From NCBI GenBank assembly GCA_002269645.1, contig NIVC01001713.1, positions 62,001-126,000 of the forward strand: DNA of 64,000 nt. The letters run 5' to 3'. This DNA is from Macrostomum lignano (Eukaryota). Positions within the stretch are counted from its first letter, which is position 1. Each line of letters begins with the position of its first letter. A program made the position numbers and the translations under genes. Shown here piece by piece: positions 58,465 to 64,000 of the stretch. The notes under the pieces were generated by a model. That model was not told the DNA's origin and did not search any database. It was given only the letters and a program-made list of their open reading frames with translations.

Positions 58465-60632
58465 TCAGAACGGGTAGCGGTGGTTCAGCGGCATGGTGGG
58501 CAGCATCGGATTCCTATACGGGTCCGAGGTGAGCGGCGGCCTCAACTGGCCGCCGGCAGCAGCCGCCGCGCCGTAGACATTAGCAGCGGCGGCGGCAGGA
58601 TTATAGAAACCGGACGGCGGCATGAAAGCGGCGGCTGCGGCGGCGGCCGCAGTGCCGGGATGAGCAGCAGCGGGTCCGGCCGCGCCAGGCTTGGGCGGCT
58701 GGACGAACGGGGCAGTCGGGTAGCTGCCAATGGCGCCCGGGTCCCTGGCGCCGTACAGGCTGGAGTTGTACGGCAGCGACTGGTGCAGCGGGTTGTACAG
58801 GTCCGTTGAGGCTCGGTAGGCGTCGCCGAACGACCGGTAGGGATCGGGCTTGGCCGCTGGGGGCGGGGGGAGGCAATTGGCATCAGAAATAGCATTTCCA
58901 TGCTAATCCTATGGGTGTCACTCTGGTTGTGGGATCATTGTGTGTGGGAGTTCGATTCTCAGTGTGTGGGATTTCGATTCTCAGTGTGTGGGATTTCGAT
59001 TCTTAAAGTGTGGGACTTCGATTCTCAAAGTGTGGGATTCCGGTTCTCAGTGTGTGGGATTCCGGTTCTCAGTGTGTGGGATTTCGATTCTCAGTGTGTA
59101 TGATTCCGGTTCTCAGTGTGTGGGATTTCGATTCTCAGTGTGTGGGATTCCGGTTCTCAGTGTGTGGGATTTCGATTCTCAGTGTGTGGGATTTCGATTC
59201 TCAATGTGTGGGATTTCGATTCTCAAAGTGTGGGATTTCGATTCTCAGTGCGTGGGATTTCGATTCTCAATGTGTGGGATTTCGATTCTCAGTGTGGGAT
59301 TCCGGTTCTCAGTGTGTGGAATTTCGATTCTCAGTGTGTGGGATTTCGATTCTCAAAGTGTGGGACTTCGATTCTCAGTGCGTGGGATTTCGATTCTCAA
59401 TGTGTGGGATTTCGATTCTCAGTGTGTGGGATTTCGATTCTCAGAGTGTGAGATTTGTGTGGGATCATGACTCAGGATGGGGTAATTGTGTGGGACCATG
59501 ACTCCGAGTATGGGAATTGTGTGGGATCATGACTTAAGGTGTGGGATTAGTCTGGGATCATGACTCAGAGTGTGAGATTAGTGTGGGATCATGACTCCGA
59601 GTGTGGGAATTGTGTGGGATCATGACTTAAGGTGTGTGATTTGTGTGGGATCATGACTCCGAGTGTGGGAATTGTGTGGGATCATGACTTAAGGTGTGTG
59701 ATTTGTGTGGGATCATGACTTAAGGTGTGTGATTTGTGTGGGATCATGACTTAAGGTGTGTGATTTGTGTGGGATCATGACTTAAGGTGTGTGATTTGTG
59801 TGGGATCATGACTTAAGGTGTGTGATTTGTGTGGGATCATGACTTAAGGTGTGTGATTTGTGTGGGATCATGACTCAGTGTGGGATTAGTGTGGGATCAT
59901 GACTCAGACTGTGGGATTAGTGTGGTATCATGACTCAGAGTGTGGGATTAGTGTGGGATCATGACTCAGTGTGGGATTAGTGTGGGATCATGACTCAGAG
60001 TGTGGGATTAGTGTGGGATCAGAGAGCGGGAGCCGCCTTACCAGAATCCGAGGACAGCTGGTTGCGCAGATACTCGAACGCAGCCGTCGGATTGGCAGTC
60101 GAGGTTGCCGCCGAGGCAGCGCCGGCGCCGGTGCCGTACGCATCCCACGGAGTTGCCAGGCCCAGCGACGTCTGGCTGGCGGCGGCAGCGGCGGCGGCAG
60201 CAGCGGCTGCGGCTGCAGCAGCCGACGAGGTGGCCGACGAAGCCGTCGACGAAGCGACGGTGGCCGATGGTCCGGCGGCCGGCGGTAGGCCGGGTGCGAC
60301 AGTTGACGAGGTGGACACGGCGGAGGCGGGGTCGGCGGATGAAACCCCAGCCTGCTGCTGCGCGTACTGCGCGTACGGGCCGGCGGCGTCCATGTACTTG
60401 GAGCCGAGAGCGGACAGGGAGCGCAGGTGATCAGGGTGCACGGGAAAGCTCGGCCTATTAAACTGATTGTTAAACATCTGGCCGTAGGCGCCAGCTGAAT
60501 AATAGGACGCCAATAGGGACGAAGACGAGCCCAGAGCGCCCAGGCCGGCAATGGAGCCCAGCGCCTTGGCCTGATCTGCTGCAGCCGCGGCCGCAGCTGC
60601 CGCCGCAGCTTTGGCTTGCTGCTCCTGCTGCG

Positions 60633-60673
<41 letters not shown>

Positions 60674-61301
60674 ACCTGTTGAGCCTGTTGCTGGGAGGCT
60701 GCTTTACTATGCCTTCCGCCAACCCGCTCCTTGTCCTGAATACTCTGTATATCTTCGAGCACCTCGTCTAGGAAGTCTTTGCCGGCGTCCGATTGACCGG
60801 CAACGCTGGGCGGATCTCGGGTGACGCTGCTGATGAGGTCCGGAATCTGGTGCCGGTGCTTGGCCGGGGTGCCGCCAGCGGAGTCGGACGGCTGCCGTTT
60901 CATCGCCTGCTGCGAAGTGGACGGGCCGCCACCGCTGCGTCGCTTGACGGCGGCCTCCGAAGCTACCACGGACGAGGCCGGGGTGACAATGTCGGTGATG
61001 GAGTGGCCGACCTTGGCGCTAGCGGCCTGCTGCTGCTTGTCCTCTAAGAAGTCGATAAGATTTGAGTCCTGCTCCAGATTGCTAATTATGCCGTCAATCT
61101 GCGAGTCGATCTGCTTAGGCGCCGCCGGCACACCGTGGGGCGGGCCGCCGCCTCCCCGACTTGCCGATTGCTGATGCGCCTGAAGCTGCTGCTGCGGCGG
61201 CTGCTGCTGGCCGGCAATGGGCGGAATGTACGGCGCGTCGTTGCTGCTATCTAAATCGCTGAAGCCGTACAGGCAATTCTCGTCTTGCTGAGCTTGAGAA
61301 G

Positions 61302-61348
<47 letters not shown>

Positions 61349-61822
61349 GGCGGCGGTGGCGGCGGAGGCGGCTGCTGCTGATGGGGCGCAGTCTGGTAAG
61401 GATGAAGCTGAGGCGGCAGCTGGTTGTCTTTACCGGACGAGCCTCCGCCGCCAACAGCAGCGTCGGAATCGTCCGAGTCCGAGGCGGACTGGCTGTCGTT
61501 AAAGGTGTCCGGAACTGGCCGGTTGGCTAAAGCGTGGAGCAGCGGCGGCAACGGGTGCTGCGGATGCATTTGGCGGTGGTGGCGCAGCAGACAGAGGCGC
61601 AGCCGGCAGCGATAGTCGCAGAGTTGGCAGGCAAGCGGCCGAAGCCCCGTGTGCTTGCAGGTGTGGGCCCCCATGGCTGACGCGCTGCTGTACATCTTAC
61701 CGCAGCCGGGCCACGGACAGACCATCCGGCTGCCGTGCATCTCGGCGATGTGACGTCGAAGCTGCGAACGGCGACTAAATACTTGAGAACAGTTGCGCAC
61801 TGGGCAATCATTCGATAGCCTA

Positions 61823-61875
<53 letters not shown>

Positions 61876-64000
61876 TGGTGGTGGAGGCGGCGGCTGCTGA
61901 TGCAGCGGAGTCTGCGGGTACAGCTGCGGCGGCTGCTGCTGCTGATGAAGATGCTGCTGCTGAGCCTGGAGATGGTGCTGTGGCAGCTGCTTAGCGTGAG
62001 CCTGTGGTATGTTAGGGTGCTGAGGCATGGGCGTCTTACTCGCCACCTGGGCTTGCATGCCGCGCTGCTGCTGCTGTTGCTGTTGATGATGAAAAGCCGC
62101 CGCCTGCTGCTGACGGCGCTGCTGCTCCCCCTGCTGTCGTTCAAGTGCGGCGGCGGCGGCCTGCTGAGGATGGATGGACTTCACGTGCGATCGGAGAGAC
62201 GATTTGCTGGCGTAGCTTTTGCTGCAGTGCTTGCACATGAATTTGTGAGCTGGCTGAGCTGCCACCTGCTGCTGCGGCTGTTGCAGCTGCTGCTGCTGCT
62301 GCAAGTGCTGGAACTGCGGATGTTGCGACTGATGCAGCTGCTGATGATGCTGCGGGTGATGCTGCTGCTGCATCAGCTGCTGGTGGTGCTGGTGATGATG
62401 CGCAGCCGGCGGAGCGCCGCTAGCAGCTGCGGCGGCTGCGGCGGCCATGTGCGGCGCGGCGAAGAACTGCGGCGCGTACATCATCTGGGCGGCGGCGGCA
62501 GCGTGATGCGGCTGCATAGCGGCTGGGAACCCAACTGCGGCCGCGGCGGCGGCGGCGGCGGCGGCAGCTGCCCCAGGCTGTCGGAAATGTTGATGAGCAG
62601 CGGCCGCCAGCTCGTGCGGCTGTAAGTGAGATTGAGACTGCTGCTGCGACTGCTGCTGTTGCGGCTGCTGATGGTGATGATGCTGTTGGTGATGGTGCTG
62701 CAGGTGCTGCTGCTGCTGCTGTACGGCCGCTGGACCGCCGGCTGCCATGCCGGGCACCTGCGGTTGCTGCGGCGGCGGCTGCGGCGGCATGGGCTTGCGC
62801 GGAGGCACCCTGGGCGCGTGATATGCCTCGTATTGTTCCACGTCGATGCTCTCGGCGTTAGCCAGAATGTCGTCCAGGCCTGTCATAGCAGTGCCAAGCG
62901 ATTTCCAATCCTTCGGGAGCGACGATTGCGGCGTCTTCTGCTGTTCTTCGGCCAATTCTGCCGGCTTCTCGGCCTGGGCCTGGTCGGGCTCGGCAGTGTC
63001 CGAGTCGCGCGGCTCGGCCTCGCCTAGCGACACGCCGCTCGTGTCCAACAAACTGACGCCGGTGTCGGCAGTCGGGACGGCGTTCGCCGAACTGGCACCT
63101 TCGCCATCGTCGCCGCGAGCCTGCTCGATTGCCGAAGTGTCGACGGCGGTAGAATCCTCGGCTGCTAAAGATTCGCTCAAGTTAGGCGCAGCGGAGTCTT
63201 CAGTCTCTACTATTGGCTTTTTTGCGTCATTGCCATCTATGCCAGATTCAGTAGTTTCAGCTGCCGCCGTTTTTTCATCAGTGGCAGCAGTAGTTGATTC
63301 TAATGCGGAATCCGGAACAGCATCGGCAGCAGACGGCTCGTATTGAGCTTTTCTCCATCATTCAGAGCGGGCGCATCGTCTTCTGTAGCAGTCTCGGCAT
63401 TAAGGTCTCGTCTTGAACAGTAGGCTGCTTTTCTGGCAATTTCTCTGACTGGAATTCCGGACCGCGCTCGATGGAAGGCTCAGTCTCCATAGTAGCAGGC
63501 TGAGCTGCTGCAGCTGGGGCAACCGTTGGCGGTGCTAAATCTTCTTTTTCCAACTCAGCAGACTGCTTAATTGATTCAATAGACTGTTCAACCGACTCAG
63601 CAGGTTGCTCTGTCGACTCAGTGGACTGCTCAATCGACTCAACAGACTGTTCGACTAAATCAGCATTAGCAGGCTGCTCAATTGACTCAGCTGACTGCTC
63701 AACTGACTCAGCTGACTGCTCGATTGACTCAGCTGACTGCTCAATGGACTCAGCTGGCATCTCAACCGACTCAGCTGACTGCTCAACCGACTCAGATGGC
63801 ATCTCAACCGACTCAGCTGACTGCTCAACCGACTCAGATGGCATCTCAACCGACTCAGCTGACTGCTTGATCGACTCAGCTGACTGCTCAACCGACTTAG
63901 CTAATTGCTCAATCGACTCAGCTGACTGCTCAACCGACTCAGTTGGCACCTCGACTGACTCAGCTGGCATCTCAACCGACTCAGCTGGCATCTCAACCGA
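58465..64000 (-). CDS. PolyQ/polyA/His-rich C2H2 zinc-finger transcription factor (4 fingers), 5'-partial, with two apparent 1-nt deletions near 63340 and 63407
   Basis: Large exon from beyond 64000 to 60042, then last coding exon 58856-58465 (phase 1, ends NHRYPF*). Fingers CKHCSKSYASKSSLRSHVKSIH, CPVRNCSQVFSRRSQLRRHIAEMH, CPWPGCGKMYSSASAMGAHTCKH, linker TGLRP, CQLCDYRCRLRLCLLRHHRQMH. Confidence 0.85.
58935..60020. repeat. Two adjacent intronic minisatellites (22-bp then ~31-bp) in the zinc-finger intron
   Basis: Units gtgtgtgggatttcgattctca and atttgtgtgggatcatgacttaaggtgtgtg. Confidence 0.95.
63560..64000 (-). repeat. Coding 21-bp minisatellite (7-aa AESVEQS / AESVEMP repeat)
   Basis: Unit gactcagctgactgctcaacc on +, in frame in the acidic N-terminal region of the zinc-finger ORF. 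Confidence 0.85.

Noticed and set aside
58935-60020. GTGGGA motif in several intronic arrays as CSL/Su(H) binding clusters
   Set aside because: Most copies are GTGGGAT rather than the GTGGGAA consensus, and their number is explained by tandem amplification.
60793-63346. Plus-strand ORFs opposite the zinc-finger gene (poly-Leu etc.)
   Set aside because: Antisense shadows of CAG/GCN-rich coding sequence.

Overview
This is eukaryotic, repeat-rich animal genomic DNA with spliceosomal GT-AG introns, not prokaryotic sequence. GC-rich polyQ/polyA exons and minisatellite-filled introns suggest a Macrostomum-type flatworm, but that identity is inference. I reconstructed five host genes by hand with phase-consistent exons: an ARHGAP19-like RhoGAP (+, 5247-15641), an MKK3/6-type MAP2K (+, ~22984-25264), a SENP6/7-type SUMO protease (-, 32281-34349), a highly divergent full-length cullin (+, 48371-54786), and a polyQ C2H2 zinc-finger gene (-, 58465 to beyond the window end). 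The rest is layered transposons. These include an internally deleted P element with exact TIR/TSD, and hAT-like MITEs sharing an expandable 21-bp satellite. There is also an intact DD34D mariner inside a long-TIR element, a 5'-truncated RNase H LINE, and a Penelope-like element with inverted ends carrying a hammerhead-like core. A 4-kb foldback Mutator-like element (9-bp TSD, 178-bp tandem arms) carries spliced Ulp1-protease + PHD-finger exons. The strongest leads are the Ulp1-PHD foldback element, the divergent cullin, an unclassified repeat with a tRNA primer-binding-like site, and a local CpG-decay footprint. Most long ORFs in the supplied track are artefacts of tandem repeats.
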